Translations under genes and position numbers: made by a program
Assembly: GCA_016930645.1 (NCBI GenBank)
Contig: JAFGGH010000026.1
Span: 3,642-67,641, forward strand
DNA from: Sedimentisphaerales bacterium
Lineage (GTDB): Bacteria > Planctomycetota > Phycisphaerae > Sedimentisphaerales > Anaerobacaceae
DNA: 64,000 nt
Reading direction: 5' to 3'
The notes under the pieces: generated by a model
What the model was told of the DNA's origin: nothing
Database searches by the model: none
The model's input: the letters and a program-made list of their open reading frames with translations, nothing else
In this document: one piece after another, positions 63,115 to 64,000 of the stretch
How positions within the stretch are numbered: the first letter of the stretch is position 1
Layout: every line of letters begins with the position of its first letter

Positions 63115-64000
63115 ATGGGACAGAGTTTAAAAAAGAAAGGTTTATACGACCCGCGATTCGAACACGATGCCTGCGGCATCGGGGCCGTTGCGAACATATC
63201 CGGAAAGCGCGACCATTCCATAATCGAGTACGGCAAACAAACTTTATTGAATCTTCATCACCGAGGCGCAGCCGGCGCAGATGACATTACCGGCGACGGA
63301 GCGGGCATCCTCTTTCAGATTCCCGATGAATTCTTCCAGACCGAAGCAAAACACCTGAAAATCTCAATCCCACAGGCGGGTCAATACGGCGTAGGCGTTG
63401 TATTCGGCTCAAAAAACGCTGATTTGCGAAAAAAATGTGATGAAATATTGGATTCTTCCCTTAAACATTACGGCATGGAGGTAATCGGCTGGCGGGATGT
63501 TCCCTGTAAAAACGACTGCCTCGGCGAAATAGCTTTGCAGGCCGAGCCGAATATCAGGCAAGTATTTGTAGACAACGCCGGTTTCAACGAACCTGATTTC
63601 GAGCGGCGGCTATATATGGCAAGACGCCGGGCCGAAAAAATCATCCGTGAAAAATTCGGCGACGAAGGCGAAGATTTTTACATATCGAGTCTGTCGTGCA
63701 GAACTATAAACTACAAAGGTATGTTTATGGCCTGGCAGTTATTTGCCTATTATCCGGATTTGTCCGATGAGCGAATAAAGTCCTGCCTCTGTATAGTTCA
63801 TCAGCGATACAGCACTAATACACTGCCTAACTGGCGGCTTGCTCAGCCCTTCAGGTGTATCGCGCATAACGGAGAGATTAATACTCTCAGCGGCAATCGA
63901 AACTGCATGCGGATTCGCGAGCGCACTATGCAAAGCAATATCTTTGGTGAAAATCTGGCTGACCTGATGCCGGTTCTCGAACCAAAAGCCAGTGACTCGG
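63115..64000 (+). CDS. gltB: Glutamate synthase large subunit, N-terminal amidotransferase domain (3'-truncated by window end)
   Basis: Open frame from the ATG at 63115 to the window end, not in the supplied track. It reads MGQSLKKKGLYDPRFEHDACGIGAVANISGKRDHSII...HRGAAGADDITGDGAGI...HQRYSTNT...AHNGEINT. Confidence 0.9.
   Translation, partial: MGQSLKKKGLYDPRFEHDACGIGAVANISGKRDHSIIEYGKQTLLNLHHRGAAGADDITGDGAGILFQIPDEFFQTEAKHLKISIPQAGQYGVGVVFGSKNADLRKKCDEILDSSLKHYGMEVIGWRDVPCKNDCLGEIALQAEPNIRQVFVDNAGFNEPDFERRLYMARRRAEKIIREKFGDEGEDFYISSLSCRTINYKGMFMAWQLFAYYPDLSDERIKSCLCIVHQRYSTNTLPNWRLAQPFRCIAHNGEINTLSGNRNCMRIRERTMQSNIFGENLADLMPVLEPKASDS

Noticed and set aside
63103-63118. TGGCAC at 63103 as a sigma-54 promoter for gltB.
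   Set aside because: The -12 position reads GG rather than GC, and the motif overlaps the gltB start codon.
63090-63284. 64-aa ORF from the supplied track at the start of the gltB region.
   Set aside because: It is out of frame with the obvious glutamate synthase reading frame, which starts at the ATG at 63115 and stays open to the window end.

Overview
The window is mostly core chromosome. No searches were run: all protein calls come from reading motifs in the supplied ORF track, and all DNA motifs were read by eye. The secreted-protein repertoire (dockerin-like EF-hand modules, thrombospondin-type-3 repeats, GLUG/beta-helix proteins) suggests a Planctomycetota/PVC-type genome, but that is inference only.

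Core gene blocks:
- Stress block (4.6-9.5 kb): coaD, a QueD/PTPS-like gene, mcsA-mcsB (protein arginine kinase pair) and dnaK.
- Transcription/translation cluster (33-54.5 kb): tRNA-Thr, tuf, rpmG, tRNA-Trp, secE, nusG, rplKAJL, rpoBC, rpsL, rpsG, fusA.
- recR and rpoN, then a nitrogen-assimilation block (59.5-64 kb): amt, a P-II gene, glnA and the 5' part of gltB.

Accessory genes sit between these blocks:
- several large secreted multidomain proteins;
- an ECF sigma/anti-sigma pair;
- pilT next to a membrane-anchored, catalytically degenerate GspE/PilB-like ATPase;
- mgtE;
- a roughly 1500-aa GH51+GH43 fusion;
- an HNH-AP2 protein;
- a TPR protein with near-identical 126-bp tandem repeats.

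Most notable observations:
1. A 4.7-kb two-gene insertion splits the normally contiguous rpmG / tRNA-Trp / secE unit. It encodes a TSP3-repeat exoprotein with a possible permuted papain-like C-terminal domain, followed by a partner gene whose start overlaps the first gene's stop.
2. A HUH/Y1 transposase-like gene is tightly bracketed by inverted REP-like hairpins carrying a TTAG head. Similar hairpins are scattered through other intergenic regions.
3. Two near-consensus sigma-54 promoters are present, one upstream of dnaK and one upstream of amt. The second overlaps the TTG start given in the ORF track for amt and argues for a downstream start.
4. The PilT plus pseudo-ATPase pair.
5. Intergenic DNA is unusually rich in short dispersed repeat families and arrays of 8-14-nt units ending in GTG.

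No CRISPR array, rRNA gene or integrase was seen.
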